NCBI GenBank assembly: GCA_045651955.1
Contig: JAZRTI010000020.1
Span: forward strand, 9,667-73,666
DNA from: Christensenellaceae bacterium
GTDB lineage: Bacteria; Bacillota; Clostridia; Christensenellales; Borkfalkiaceae
DNA: 64,000 nt
Direction of reading: 5' to 3'
Positions 26,037 through 36,582 of this stretch are shown one piece after another. Every line of letters starts with the position of its first letter. The first letter of the stretch is position 1. A model generated the notes under the pieces. It saw nothing but the letters and a program-made list of their open reading frames with translations, searched no databases and was not told the origin of the DNA. A program made the translations under genes and the position numbers.

Positions 26037-26106
26037 AAATATATGTTTTTTTGCAGCATGTAAAATGATTTCAAATGATACAATAATTTTAATATAGGTG
26101 CAGCGT

Positions 26107-26373
26107 ATGGAAAAGAAAATAGATAATATCTTGTTTTTTACGGGTAAAGATGGTTCACAGCTGGTTTTTCGCGTATTATTTACCTATCATAGCCAAACAA
26201 CAAACAGGGATTACGCGGTGTTTTACAACGAAAAAGATGAAAATCACATAATTGCTTACGCTTACGACGAAAATTTAACGTTAAGTGAAATTGCATCACA
26301 GGAAGAATACGCAGAATTGGAACAAGCCCTGCGCGCTTATGACCAAGAAGTTGCTGCTAATCAAAATTCCTAA
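26107..26373 (+). CDS. DUF1292-family protein
   Basis: It is small and acidic, with a pattern typical of DUF1292 (FRVLFTY...RDYAVFYNE...IIAYAYDE...EEYAELEQAL). Confidence 0.6.
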   Translation: MEKKIDNILFFTGKDGSQLVFRVLFTYHSQTTNRDYAVFYNEKDENHIIAYAYDENLTLSEIASQEEYAELEQALRAYDQEVAANQNS

Positions 26374-26412
26374 CCGTAAAATTAAGGCGGATTTCATTGT
26401 TTGGAGATAGGT

Positions 26413-26748
26413 ATGCAAGAAACATCAGTAAACGATTTTTTTAAGTTGGATATCCGTGTTGGGGTGGTGGTCAGCGCCCGCCCTTTTGCAAAGGCAAAAA
26501 GACCGGCTTATCAACTTGCCATTGATTTTGGGGAAGAACTTGGTATAAAACGATCTTCTGCACAAATTACAGAACAATACACCTGTGAAGATTTGTTGGG
26601 AAAACAAGTGCTTGCCGTGGTTAATTTTCCAGCAAAGCAAATTGCCAACTTTCTTTCGGAAGTGTTGGTTCTTGGCACGTACAGCGAAGGCGGTGTGGTG
26701 CTTGCTGTTCCCGATAAGCCCGTTAAAAATGGGGATAAATTAGGGTAA
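26413..26748 (+). CDS. tRNA-binding domain protein (CsaA/YgjH-like)
   Basis: FFKLDIRVGVV...KRPAYQLAIDFGEE...RSSAQIT...LLGKQVLAVVNFP is an OB-fold tRNA-binding domain. Confidence 0.8.
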   Translation: MQETSVNDFFKLDIRVGVVVSARPFAKAKRPAYQLAIDFGEELGIKRSSAQITEQYTCEDLLGKQVLAVVNFPAKQIANFLSEVLVLGTYSEGGVVLAVPDKPVKNGDKLG

Positions 26749-26751
26749 CGC

Positions 26752-26781
26752 ATCCCTGTTCAATAGAACAGGGATTTTTTA
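26752..26781 (+). terminator. rho-independent terminator
   Basis: The stem atccctgttc/gaacagggat has loop aata and is followed by a T-run. Confidence 0.85.
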
Positions 26782-26849
26782 TATGGGCGGTAAGTTATCT
26801 TTGCTTGCGGTGGATTTTCCGTTCCTTGTAAACTGCCCAAGGTAAAAGT

Positions 26850-26945
26850 TGCATAAAATAATAATTATACATAATATATGCATAAATTGTGAATATATAA
26901 ACAAATTTATAAAATATATTCTTAAAAAATGCATATTGTTGCATA
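26850..26945. promoter_or_regulatory. candidate ArgR/AhrC operator region (phased TGCAT/TGAAT half-sites)
   Basis: TGCATA occurs at 26850, 26879, 26930 and 26940, and TGAAT at 26890, with 10-11 bp phasing. The region lies immediately upstream of the argC promoter. Confidence 0.35.
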
Positions 26946-26952
26946 AAATTAC

Positions 26953-26981
26953 TTGCCAAATATGAAAAAAAGGGGTATAAT
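26953..26981 (+). promoter_or_regulatory. arg operon promoter (TTGCCA-17-TATAAT)
   Basis: The -35 is at 26953-26958 and the -10 at 26976-26981. Confidence 0.5.
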
Positions 26982-27030
26982 ATCAAAAGTAGAAAAAAAT
27001 GGGCTAATATTTACCCGAAAAGGAAAGCAT

Positions 27031-27957
27031 ATGAAAACTGTTTTTATTGATGGGAAAGCAGGAACCACGGGGCTTCGCATTGAAGAACGTCTTGCAGGAA
27101 GAACGGACGTAACGTTACTTTCTTTACCCGAATCAGAAAGGAAAAATCCTGTAAAGCGGAAAGAAATAATAAATAATTCGGATATCGTTTTTTTATGCTT
27201 GCCCGATGCAGCCGCAAGGGAAGCAGTTTCTATGGTGGAAAATCCTGCGGTAACGGTGATTGACGCATCTACGGCACACCGCACGCTGGATAGTTGGGCA
27301 TACGGATTCCCCGAACTTTCGCCCGACTTTTGTAAAAAAGTGCAGACTTCCAAAAGAATTGCGGTGCCCGGATGCCACGCAAGCGGCTTTATTGCTTTGG
27401 TTTATCCGTTGGTTGAAGCAGGCATCATTGATAAAGGCGAACTGCTAACGGCGCACTCTGTTACGGGTTACAGCGGCGGCGGTAAGGGGATGATTGCCGA
27501 ATACGGAGATGCAAACCGCAGTAATTTGTTGGATGCCCCCAGGCAGTACGGAATTATGCAAGCACATAAGCACCTTCCCGAAATGGTAAAAACTACGGGG
27601 CTTTTGCATGCGCCCGTGTTTATGCCTATCGTTGCGGATTTTTATTCGGGTATGGAAGTTACCGTGCCCCTGTTTGCTAAGCAAGTAAAGGGCGGCGTGC
27701 AGGCGATTCGTTCGCTTTATGCGGAAAAGTATCGCGGTCCCATTGTTACGTATACGGAAGGCGCTGACGAGGGGGGATTCCTTTCGGCGGCTGCACTTTC
27801 GGGCAAAGACGGAATGCAAATTCAAGTATTGGGTAACGAGGAACGCATCCTTTTGGTTGCCAGATACGATAATCTGGGCAAAGGTGCCTCAGGTGCAGCC
27901 GTAGAATGCTTAAATTACAAATTGGGCTGTGATCCTACGCAAACTTTGGTTTTATAA
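27031..27957 (+). CDS. argC: N-acetyl-gamma-glutamyl-phosphate reductase
   Basis: It has FIDGKAGTTGLRI, the catalytic Cys context AVPGCHASG, and arg operon context. Confidence 0.9.
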   Translation: MKTVFIDGKAGTTGLRIEERLAGRTDVTLLSLPESERKNPVKRKEIINNSDIVFLCLPDAAAREAVSMVENPAVTVIDASTAHRTLDSWAYGFPELSPDFCKKVQTSKRIAVPGCHASGFIALVYPLVEAGIIDKGELLTAHSVTGYSGGGKGMIAEYGDANRSNLLDAPRQYGIMQAHKHLPEMVKTTGLLHAPVFMPIVADFYSGMEVTVPLFAKQVKGGVQAIRSLYAEKYRGPIVTYTEGADEGGFLSAAALSGKDGMQIQVLGNEERILLVARYDNLGKGASGAAVECLNYKLGCDPTQTLVL

Positions 27958-27970
27958 ACGGGAGAAGGTT

Positions 27971-29182
27971 ATGAAGATGATTGAAGGCGGCGTTTGTGCC
28001 GCAAAAGGGTTCACCGCAAACGGAGTACATGCGGGGATAAGAAAAAACAAAACGAAAAAGGATTTATCTTTAATATATTGTGAAGTGCCGGCAAGTGCCG
28101 CTTCTGTTTATACCACGAATTTGGTAAAGGGTGCGCCGTTGCTTGTAACCAAAGAAAACTTAAAAGGCGGCATTGCTCGCGCAATTATATGTAACAGCGG
28201 TATTGCAAACACTTGTAACGCAAACGGTGTGGAAGTTGCGCGTGAAACTTGCGTGCTTTTGGGTCAGGCATTAAACGTTTCGGATAAGGAAATTATTGTT
28301 GCTTCTACGGGGGTTATCGGTCAACCCTTGGATATCAACCCCATTAAAAATGCAATTCCCGCATTAATTCAGGGGCTGGGAAATTACAGCAACGAAGCGG
28401 CGGAAGGTATAATGACCACGGATACCGTGAAAAAGGAAATCGCTATTTCCTTTACTGTGGGCGGTAAAGAATGTAAAATTGGTGGTATTGCAAAGGGGTC
28501 GGGGATGATTCATCCCAACATGGCAACTATGCTTGTATTTATTACCACGGACTGTAATATTTCTACCGAAATGCTGCAAAAAGCACTTTCTTCGGATATA
28601 GAAAATACTTTCAATATGGTCAGCGTGGACGGAGATACTTCTACTAACGACATGGTAACCGTGCTTGCCAGCGGACTTGCCGGGAATGAAAAAATTACGG
28701 CAGAGGGGGAAGATTTTACCGCCTTTATGCAAGCGCTGAACACGGTAACCGTATATCTCTGCAAAAAAATTGCAGGGGATGGGGAAGGCGCTACCAAAAT
28801 GCTGGAATGCGAAGTTTTTGGCGCTAAAGACCTGAAAACGGCGCGTACGGCAGCAAAAAGCGTAATTTGCTCCTCTTTGGTAAAGGCTGCAATGTTTGGT
28901 TCGGATGCAAACTGGGGAAGAATCCTGTGTGCAATCGGTTATAGCGGCGCTGACGTAGACGTAAATAAAATTGACGTTTCTTTCCGCTCCGAAAAGGGAG
29001 AAATTGCAGTTTGCAAAATGGGCGCAGGAATTGATTTTTCTGAAGAGGTAGCAAAGGAAATTTTATTACAGAATGAAATTGTAATTTCGGTAAATCTGAA
29101 CCAGGGAAATGCACAAAGTGTTGCTTGGGGTTGTGATTTGACCTACGATTACGTGAAAATTAACGGGGATTACCGTACCTGA
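27971..29182 (+). CDS. argJ: bifunctional ornithine acetyltransferase / N-acetylglutamate synthase
   Basis: It has AAKGFTANGVHAGI and the autoprocessing site PNMATMLVFITTD. Confidence 0.9.
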   Translation: MKMIEGGVCAAKGFTANGVHAGIRKNKTKKDLSLIYCEVPASAASVYTTNLVKGAPLLVTKENLKGGIARAIICNSGIANTCNANGVEVARETCVLLGQALNVSDKEIIVASTGVIGQPLDINPIKNAIPALIQGLGNYSNEAAEGIMTTDTVKKEIAISFTVGGKECKIGGIAKGSGMIHPNMATMLVFITTDCNISTEMLQKALSSDIENTFNMVSVDGDTSTNDMVTVLASGLAGNEKITAEGEDFTAFMQALNTVTVYLCKKIAGDGEGATKMLECEVFGAKDLKTARTAAKSVICSSLVKAAMFGSDANWGRILCAIGYSGADVDVNKIDVSFRSEKGEIAVCKMGAGIDFSEEVAKEILLQNEIVISVNLNQGNAQSVAWGCDLTYDYVKINGDYRT

Positions 29183-29196
29183 TAAAGGAGAAACTT

Positions 29197-30081
29197 ATGT
29201 CTATTGAATTAACCAATGCCGGACGTGCCGAAGTTTTAACACAAGCACTTCCTTATATTCAAAAATACTATGGAAAGGTAATCGTAATTAAATACGGCGG
29301 CAACGCAATGATTAACGAAACCTTGAAACAGCAGGTGATGGAAGATATCGTTCTTTTGCACCTTGTTGGAATAAAAATTGTTTTGGTGCACGGCGGCGGG
29401 CCCGAAATTACCGAAACTTTGCAAAAAGTAGGTAAGAAAACGGAGTTTGTGGACGGACTGCGCGTAACGGACAAAGAAACGGTAGACGTGGTTCAAATGG
29501 TTCTTGCCGGCAAAATCAATAAAAGCCTTGTCAATCTTTTGGGCTTAAATGGCGGAAAGGCGGTTGGGCTTTCGGGCTTGGACGGTCGCATGATTCGCGC
29601 CGCAAAAAAAGACGAGCGGCTTGGTTATGTTGGTGAAGTGGTGGATGTAGATGTTTCCCCCATTTTAGATTTGCTGGAAAAAGACTACATTCCCGTAATT
29701 TCCACCCTTGGCTGTGATGAAGAAGGGAACGTATACAATATCAATGCGGATACTGCGGCTGCGTTTATCGCAGGAAAAATGAATGCTTCCCGTTTGATTA
29801 TGATGACGGATATAGAGGGGATTTTAAGGGATAAAAACGATCCCAAGTCCTTAATTCCCTTGATAGACTTAAAAGAAGCGGACGAATTATTTAACGAAGG
29901 CGTAATTTCGGGCGGTATGATTCCCAAAGTGGATTGTTGCGTTACCGCAATTCATAAAGGGGTAAAAAAGGTAATTATTTTGGATGGCCGTGTACCCCAC
30001 GCCCTTTTAATTGAAACCATGACGGATGAAGGTGCCGGCACCATGGTTGTTAAGGAGAAGAAAGATGGAAATGAGTTCTAG
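29197..30081 (+). CDS. argB: acetylglutamate kinase
   Basis: It has VIKYGGNAM and VLVHGGGP motifs. Confidence 0.9.
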   Translation: MSIELTNAGRAEVLTQALPYIQKYYGKVIVIKYGGNAMINETLKQQVMEDIVLLHLVGIKIVLVHGGGPEITETLQKVGKKTEFVDGLRVTDKETVDVVQMVLAGKINKSLVNLLGLNGGKAVGLSGLDGRMIRAAKKDERLGYVGEVVDVDVSPILDLLEKDYIPVISTLGCDEEGNVYNINADTAAAFIAGKMNASRLIMMTDIEGILRDKNDPKSLIPLIDLKEADELFNEGVISGGMIPKVDCCVTAIHKGVKKVIILDGRVPHALLIETMTDEGAGTMVVKEKKDGNEF

Positions 30082-31243
30082 ATTTCGTCATGATGCTTTT
30101 CTTGCCGATACATATAAGCGTTTCCCTGTGCAAATAGTGAAAGGCAAGGGTTCTTTGGTTTATGATGAAACGGGAAAAGAGTACATTGACTTTAACTCGG
30201 GTATTGCGGTAAATACGTTTGGTATGTGTGATGAGGAGTGGATCAATGCGGTTACTGCGCAAATGCACAAATTTCAGCATACGTCCAACTTGTTTTATAA
30301 CAACCCGGCTGCCGAACTTGCAGAACAACTGTGCATGCGTACGGGTGCAAAAAAGGTGTTTTTCTCCAATTCCGGGGCAGAGGCTAACGAATGTGCGCTG
30401 AAAATTGCAAAAAAATACGCACTGTATAAAAAGGGAGAAGGAAATCATACCATTATTTCCATGCGCAGCAGTTTTCATGGCAGAACCATGGCAACGCTTG
30501 CCGCAACCGGTCAGGAAGTTTTGCACGACGATTTTTTACCCCTTCCCGAACGATATATCTATATTCGCCCCAACGATACGATTGGATTAAACAAAGCTAT
30601 GCAGGAAAACGGTGTGGCGGCGGTTATTGTTGAAATTGTGCAAGGGGAAGGTGGTGTAAAACCCTTAGAACAAGCATTTTTGAAAAGTATAGAGGCATTT
30701 TGTAGACAGCACGGTGCGGTATTTATTGTGGACGAAGTGCAAACGGGTAACGGCAGAACGGGTACGCTGTTTGCATACGAGCAATACGACTTAAAGCCCG
30801 ACGTTGTAACCACGGCAAAGGGGCTGGGCGGCGGATTGCCTATCGGGGCAACCTTAATATTTAATAAGGTAGAAGACGTGCTTACCCCGGGTTCTCACGG
30901 CTCAACTTTTGGTGGAAATCCCTTGGCGTGTGCAGGTGCGCTTTCCATTCTGAATCGGATTGATGACGACCTTTTGGCAGACGTGCGCCGCAAGTCGGAG
31001 TATTTAAGGGAAAAATTTAAGGATGCTGAAGGGGTAAACTTTGTTACGGGTTTGGGATTGATGCTTGGCGTTGATACGAAACTTCCCGTAGAAGAAGTGT
31101 TGGATAATTGTATTGCTTTGGGGGTTTTGCCCATCCGTGCAAAAGAAAAAATCCGTATTTTGCCCCCGCTAAATATTCCCTTTGAGTTGTTGGTAAAGGG
31201 AACCGAATTATTACTAAAAGCGCTGCGAGGAGAAAGGGAATGA
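30065..31243 (+). CDS. argD: acetylornithine aminotransferase
   Basis: It is a class III aminotransferase with SGAEANE, DEVQTG and a PLP Lys in TTAKGLGGG. Confidence 0.9.
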   Translation: MEMSSRFRHDAFLADTYKRFPVQIVKGKGSLVYDETGKEYIDFNSGIAVNTFGMCDEEWINAVTAQMHKFQHTSNLFYNNPAAELAEQLCMRTGAKKVFFSNSGAEANECALKIAKKYALYKKGEGNHTIISMRSSFHGRTMATLAATGQEVLHDDFLPLPERYIYIRPNDTIGLNKAMQENGVAAVIVEIVQGEGGVKPLEQAFLKSIEAFCRQHGAVFIVDEVQTGNGRTGTLFAYEQYDLKPDVVTTAKGLGGGLPIGATLIFNKVEDVLTPGSHGSTFGGNPLACAGALSILNRIDDDLLADVRRKSEYLREKFKDAEGVNFVTGLGLMLGVDTKLPVEEVLDNCIALGVLPIRAKEKIRILPPLNIPFELLVKGTELLLKALRGERE

Positions 31244-32235
31244 AAAATTTAGGTTTTTTGAAGGGGAAAGACTTTTTGAAACTTTTAGATTTTACCCCCG
31301 AACAAATTGAAAAACTGGTGTTTTTGGCTGCAGATTTTAAGAAGTTGAAAAAAGCAGGCAAACGCCACGAATATCTGAAAGGGAAAAATATTGCCCTGAT
31401 TTTTGAAAAAACCAGCACGCGTACGCGTTGCAGTTTTGAAGTGGCTGCAAGAGATTTGGGTATGGGCGTTACTTACCTGGATCCGCAAGGCTCCCAAATT
31501 GGTAAAAAGGAAAGTATAGCTGATACCGCACGCGTTTTGTCGGGGATTTACGATGGAATTGAATATCGCGGTTTTGGTCAAGAAATTGTAGAAGAGTTGG
31601 CTGCTTATGCCTCTGTTCCCGTATGGAACGGCTTAACTAACGAATTTCATCCCACCCAAATTTTGGCAGATTTTTTAACCATTTACGAACGTTTTGGAAA
31701 ATTAAAAGGCGTTAAGTTGGTTTATATGGGAGATGCCCGTTACAACATGGGAAATTCCCTTATGGTTGGTGCGGCAAAAATGGGCATGCACTTTGTTGCC
31801 TGCGCGCCAAAAGCATATCAACCTTCGCAAGAACTGGTGAATACCTGCCAAGAAATTGCCAAACAAACGGGCGGTTCCGTTACTTTGGAAACAGACCCCA
31901 TTGCTGCCGTAAAAAATGCAAACGTAATTTATACGGACGTTTGGGTGTCTATGGGCGAGCCCGCACAGGTTTGGGAAGAACGAATTTCTGCACTTTCTCC
32001 CTACCAAGTGAATACTAATTTAATGAACGCTGCATCGCCTGATGCCGTATTTATGCACTGCTTACCTGCTTTCCACGATTGGAAAACAACCGTAGGAAAG
32101 GAAATGGGGGAAAAGTTTGGCAGGGCGGAAATGGAAGTAACGGATGAAGTGTTTGAAAGTCCGCGCTCTATTGTCTTTCAGGAGGCAGAAAACCGTATGC
32201 ATACCATTAAAGCCGTTATGGCAGCAACGTTATAA
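31240..32235 (+). CDS. argF: ornithine carbamoyltransferase
   Basis: It has STRTRCSFE and HCLPAFH motifs. Confidence 0.9.
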   Translation: MKNLGFLKGKDFLKLLDFTPEQIEKLVFLAADFKKLKKAGKRHEYLKGKNIALIFEKTSTRTRCSFEVAARDLGMGVTYLDPQGSQIGKKESIADTARVLSGIYDGIEYRGFGQEIVEELAAYASVPVWNGLTNEFHPTQILADFLTIYERFGKLKGVKLVYMGDARYNMGNSLMVGAAKMGMHFVACAPKAYQPSQELVNTCQEIAKQTGGSVTLETDPIAAVKNANVIYTDVWVSMGEPAQVWEERISALSPYQVNTNLMNAASPDAVFMHCLPAFHDWKTTVGKEMGEKFGRAEMEVTDEVFESPRSIVFQEAENRMHTIKAVMAATL

Positions 32236-32249
32236 TTGCTTTACTTACG

Positions 32250-32287
32250 GCGGGGAATTGTTTTTATTGCAAATCCCCGCTGTTTTC
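32250..32287 (+). terminator. rho-independent terminator
   Basis: The stem gcgggga/tccccgc is followed by tgtttt. Confidence 0.7.
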
Positions 32288-32326
32288 TATAAAAATTTTA
32301 CCGAAAATTAAAAAGGGGGTAAACTA

Positions 32327-34582
32327 ATGTTGGATTTTTTTAAGAAGACGGGCATTTTATCGGTGATGCTATTATTTTTTCTTTTGCTTACGGGTTGTTC
32401 CTTGCCGCAGATTGATGTTCCCGGAAAGGATGGAACGTACAACGTTAAGGTTTATTCCTATATTCAAGACCCCGAATCGGGGGAGTACACGGAAACATTA
32501 AAGGAAACGAAAGCGGTTCAAAAGGGGGAAGATTATTCAGTAAGCCCCGAAACAGTACAATATCATGTTCTTAATACCGAAAAATGTATTCTTTCGGTAA
32601 CTTCCATTCAAAAAAATACAACTTTGAAATTGTATTATGACTGCGAAACCTGTGTTGTTACCTTTTTGGGGGGTGGCGGCAGTTTGGTTTCGGGGGTGGA
32701 AACGCAAACCTTGCGTAAAGGGCAAACTCCGCAAATGCCCACGTATACGCGTTCAGGGTATGTTTTTGTTGGATTTAATGCTCCGATTTCTTCTGTGTTT
32801 GAAAACGCGCAGTATACGGCAATTTGGCAAGTGCAAACGTTTACCCTTACATTGCAATTGCCCCAGGGCGCCTTGATTGCTGATACGGCCTATACAAAAG
32901 TACCCACAACCGGAAGTACGGTATATTGCAGGGAAATTACTGCGGAAAGTGAATTTACTCTTCCTACGCCGTACTGCGACCTAGGTTCTTTCCGCGGTTG
33001 GAAATATGTATTGTCCGATACGGAAACGGTTAGCGGTGTTTCCCGTGGAACAACCTCCTCCATTACCTTGTATGCGGATTTTGGGCAAGATTTGTGTTCT
33101 ATGACCTTTGTTGGGGTGGGTATCCCAAATATTGCGGCTTATTATTTGCCGGCAGGAACTGCCGTTTGGGCGCCTGTAATCCCGCCTGAACAGCAACGGG
33201 TGGGCTATGGCTTAAATTGGTATGCGGATTCCGCCTGTACAACGCTGTATCAGTTTACAACAATGCCAAACGGTGGTGCTACTGTATACGGTAAGTGGGA
33301 GGTGGATACGGGCGCAAGTTTTGTTGGTTGGGACGTAGATTCGGAAGAAATTGATAACTTTGCAGAATTAAAAACATTTATTGAATACGTTGTTTTTCAT
33401 AATATTACAACGCCCCTAACCGTTCCTTGTAATTTTGCAACCTATTCTACCATTGAAAAGTATATAACGGATGCTTACGAGCAACTGGATTTTCGTGCAA
33501 GCGGTTCCATTACTTACGGGGTAACGGGTAATGCTGCAAAATATTCCGTACGCGTTGCCTCTGCGGAAACAACACGCAGTACGGATGCGTCAAAAACAAC
33601 ACAGAAAAACGATATGGAAGTATATTCTTATGTTGGCTATACCACACAGGGAAGGGATGCCGCATTTGATAATTTTTATATTGATTTAATTCCGGTTGCT
33701 GTGCCGGTGGAAACAAGCAATCAGCTTGCATACGTTGTAGAACGGGGTGCAAAACCCCTTTGTAAAGCCGGTTCTGCGGCTGAAACCGTATACGCTGCCG
33801 CACGCGCTGTATTGCGAAAGATTATTATAGATTCCTACACGGATGCGGAAAAGGCGGAGGCAATTTTTAATTATTTGGTATTAAATGTTCAATATGATTA
33901 CGCGCAGGTGGAAAGTCAACTGCCGTACGATTGGACTTATTATGACGCGTATTATTTGGAAGGTGTGTTTTTAAGGAATAAAGCGGTTTGTGATGGGATT
34001 TCTAAGGCGTTTGCATTGCTTTGCGGAATAGAGGGGATTCCTTGCGTTCAAGTTACCGGGGCACAATACAGCGGCAAATATCAAATAGCAGGAACGGGTC
34101 ATGCTTGGTGTAAAGTGAAAATAAACAACAACTGGTATCTGGCAGATCCCACGTTTGCTAATTTAAGGATTTCCGGAACCAAAACTTCGGTTTTGGATCA
34201 TGGAATGTTTTTAACGGATGAAACAAAAAAATCTGCAGACGGATACGTTGCAGATAACTATCACAATATTGTTTGTAATAAAGATTATGGCTACTTTGAT
34301 AAAAAGGATGTTCGGGTGGCTGGGGTTGATATTGATTTTGTGATTGATTCCGTTCAGGAATTTTCCTACATGCTGGAATATTGCATGCTGCAGGAAGAAA
34401 ATCTTGTTGGTTTCTCTGTGGATTTTGTGTATAATATTAGCAGTTTGCAGTATAAAAACAATATCGGTGCGGCTTACAATGCGGCGGTTACAGCACTGCG
34501 TGGTCGCGGAAAGGTGTATCAGTATACGGTTTCCCGGTTGGATAACGGTTTTGGAAGTGTTGTGAAATTAATTTTCAAATAA
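32327..34582 (+). CDS. lipoprotein with InlB-B/Listeria-Bacteroides-type repeats and a C-terminal transglutaminase-like core
   Basis: The signal peptide has lipobox LLTGC. Repeats of the type GYVFVGFN / FRGWKY / GYGLNWY are present. The core has CDGISKAFALLC...GHAWCKV...ADPT (Cys-His-Asp). Confidence 0.75.
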   Translation: MLDFFKKTGILSVMLLFFLLLTGCSLPQIDVPGKDGTYNVKVYSYIQDPESGEYTETLKETKAVQKGEDYSVSPETVQYHVLNTEKCILSVTSIQKNTTLKLYYDCETCVVTFLGGGGSLVSGVETQTLRKGQTPQMPTYTRSGYVFVGFNAPISSVFENAQYTAIWQVQTFTLTLQLPQGALIADTAYTKVPTTGSTVYCREITAESEFTLPTPYCDLGSFRGWKYVLSDTETVSGVSRGTTSSITLYADFGQDLCSMTFVGVGIPNIAAYYLPAGTAVWAPVIPPEQQRVGYGLNWYADSACTTLYQFTTMPNGGATVYGKWEVDTGASFVGWDVDSEEIDNFAELKTFIEYVVFHNITTPLTVPCNFATYSTIEKYITDAYEQLDFRASGSITYGVTGNAAKYSVRVASAETTRSTDASKTTQKNDMEVYSYVGYTTQGRDAAFDNFYIDLIPVAVPVETSNQLAYVVERGAKPLCKAGSAAETVYAAARAVLRKIIIDSYTDAEKAEAIFNYLVLNVQYDYAQVESQLPYDWTYYDAYYLEGVFLRNKAVCDGISKAFALLCGIEGIPCVQVTGAQYSGKYQIAGTGHAWCKVKINNNWYLADPTFANLRISGTKTSVLDHGMFLTDETKKSADGYVADNYHNIVCNKDYGYFDKKDVRVAGVDIDFVIDSVQEFSYMLEYCMLQEENLVGFSVDFVYNISSLQYKNNIGAAYNAAVTALRGRGKVYQYTVSRLDNGFGSVVKLIFK

Positions 34583-34620
34583 ATTATAAAGATTTTTTCA
34601 ATGTTATAATTCCTATAAAT

Positions 34621-34658
34621 AAATGCGTAGCCCATGATATACATTGGGCTACGCATTT
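34621..34658. terminator. bidirectional terminator hairpin
   Basis: A perfect 14-bp stem aaatgcgtagccca/tgggctacgcattt lies between convergent ORFs. Confidence 0.8.
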
Positions 34659-34675
34659 GTTAATGCAAATAAAAA

Positions 34676-36395
34676 TTATTTAACGGGTGCCATAACTTTT
34701 TGTATTCCTTTTGCAAGGGTGGTTGCATCCCCACTTGTGTGCATTTCGCTGGTATCAACAATATCCCCACCGATTGCTCGTTGTGCTTTGGAAGATGCAC
34801 ATCTTGCCGTTTGCGTAACTGCTTCTGCTTCTTCCAAAGACCTCCCCATATCCTTAAGGGCATCCTCAATCGCAGCCTGTTGGTTAACAAACGCCACGCG
34901 AAGGCTTTGGAAACGGTGGGTGTATTTCTTCGCAGCCTTCTGCGCTCTCCGTCTTTCCGCACGTGATAGCGTGTTGTCCATCACGATGTTGGTCTTACCC
35001 GTGGGGGCGTAGGTGAGGGAAGAGCGTTCTTCCGTTGTGCCGTCAGAATACGTAACAATCATTCCGCCTTCATCTGGGAAGTCATATCTAATAGGTTTTT
35101 TGTTTAGATTTTTTTGATTGCTTCTAACATTTCCGCTTCCGGAAGTTTTTGGTCTATTAGTGCTGATAGTTTGTCTGCTCGTTTTTCGTCCATTTGTGCT
35201 GCGCAAAAAATCTTCACGTGTGTAGAATGCGCATACGGAGTTGATAAAACTTTTTCTAATAATTCCTTGCCGTTCATAAATAGCCTCCCTAATAATATCA
35301 ACGCGTGTTTCATCGTTGTAGTTTATTTTAATTATTTGGCTTACTTTGGGGTTTTGATAAGTGCCTTTTGCAAAAACAAGGATATTTTCCACGCCTTTGT
35401 TTTCGCTACTATCATCACTTACCGAAATTATCCATTCTCCATTTTCTGTTTTGGGTGGGAAAAATCTCTTTTTAGAAACTTTGCTATCAAAGTTCTTCCA
35501 AGCAGCAGAAGAAATAACGTTATTTGCTCTTACCCAACCAAAATCATTATACTGTTTTTGGGTATAATTGTCAACAAGCGAAAACCTAATATCCTTGCTT
35601 TCGGTGGGGGGATTTGCTTCTTTTTTGCTTGCTAAAGCAGCCCGTTCCTTAACTTTTTTAATTTTTTCCGAAGAATTTTCGCTTAAGGGGTTGACAGAAT
35701 CTTTTCCCTTTGCTATACTGTTATTGATGGAGATAGTGTCCGACTTTACGGACCGCTCCATCTTTTTTATTGGGGAAATATCATATAGTATTTTTTCGCC
35801 ATTTGCGGTGGTTGCAACATTAAGTGTTGCCTCCCAAATGGTGTTTTCTTTGTCCTGAATATATGTTTTCCAATATTCCCAATCATTTTTTCCGTAATTG
35901 TCAAGCCAATCGTGAGAATGAGTTGAAGCTGATTGTTCTTTTAATGAGGACGTAAGAATTAGTTCATCAACAAGAGCAATAGAATCCTGTTTGGTTTTAT
36001 TTCCAATATATTTGGTAGTTAAATCCTTATTAACAGGAACAAGCTTGCCACTCTTATTATTAAATTTTTGAGTTGCGTTTGCAAATTTTCGGTGGATTCT
36101 ACCGTGGGGTGGTTTGATTAAAGTTCTTAATTTGGGTAATAACATCATTTAACTGTTCTTCGCTAATATGTTTAGCAGACTTTCCTAAACCTTGCCCATC
36201 GGCACTATCAAAGGCTACAAGGTACCCTTCTGCATCCTTCTTAATGCCTACCACAAGCCCGTTTTCGGCACGGTAAACCGCCCCTTCTCCGTCCTTTAAG
36301 GAAATGCTTGGGGCAGGGGGGGTAACTGTTGTTTCTTCTGCTCAACAATTTCGGTTTGTTCTTGGCTTTGAGCGGCAAGTTGTGTTTGGAAAATT
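34676..36395 (-). pseudogene. 5'-truncated, frameshifted fragment of a phage/ICE polyvalent-protein-like gene
   Basis: The 490-aa ORF (34676..36148) contains ...WEATLNVATTANGEKILYDISPIKK..., which is reminiscent of polyvalent-protein LPD/PBECR regions. Coding-like sequence continues upstream in two other frames (...PSISLKDGEGAVYRAENGLVVGIKKDAEGYLVAFDSADGQGLGKSAKHISEEQLNDV..., then ...QTQLAAQSQEQTEIVEQKKQQ...). The frame changes occur near 36150 and at the G7 run 36316-36322. Confidence 0.5.
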
Positions 36396-36430
36396 TTTAC
36401 ATTTTTTTATAAACGCTGCGTACTTTTTTG

Positions 36431-36491
36431 ATAGAAACATTTTCTATTTTGTTCAAAAATAATTTGAACAAAAATATTTCATTTTGAACAA
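36431..36491. repeat. operator/iteron-like inverted and direct repeats
   Basis: There is an inverted repeat atagaaa-cat-tttctat (36431-36447) and a 9-bp inverted repeat ttgttcaaa/tttgaacaa (36449-36471). A third tttgaacaa lies at 36483-36491, 20 bp downstream. Confidence 0.6.
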
Positions 36492-36582
36492 AACGAAATT
36501 TAACCAGTAGTGATTGTGTGTTGGGTGGATAAAGGCTGAGTGTTAAAACATATACATTTCCAATCAATGCGCTTGGGGAAAA

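Noticed and set aside
26795-27353. Minus ORFs 26795..26986 and 26949..27353 in the arg promoter and argC 5' region
   Set aside because: They overlap the promoter/operator region and argC. No motifs support them.
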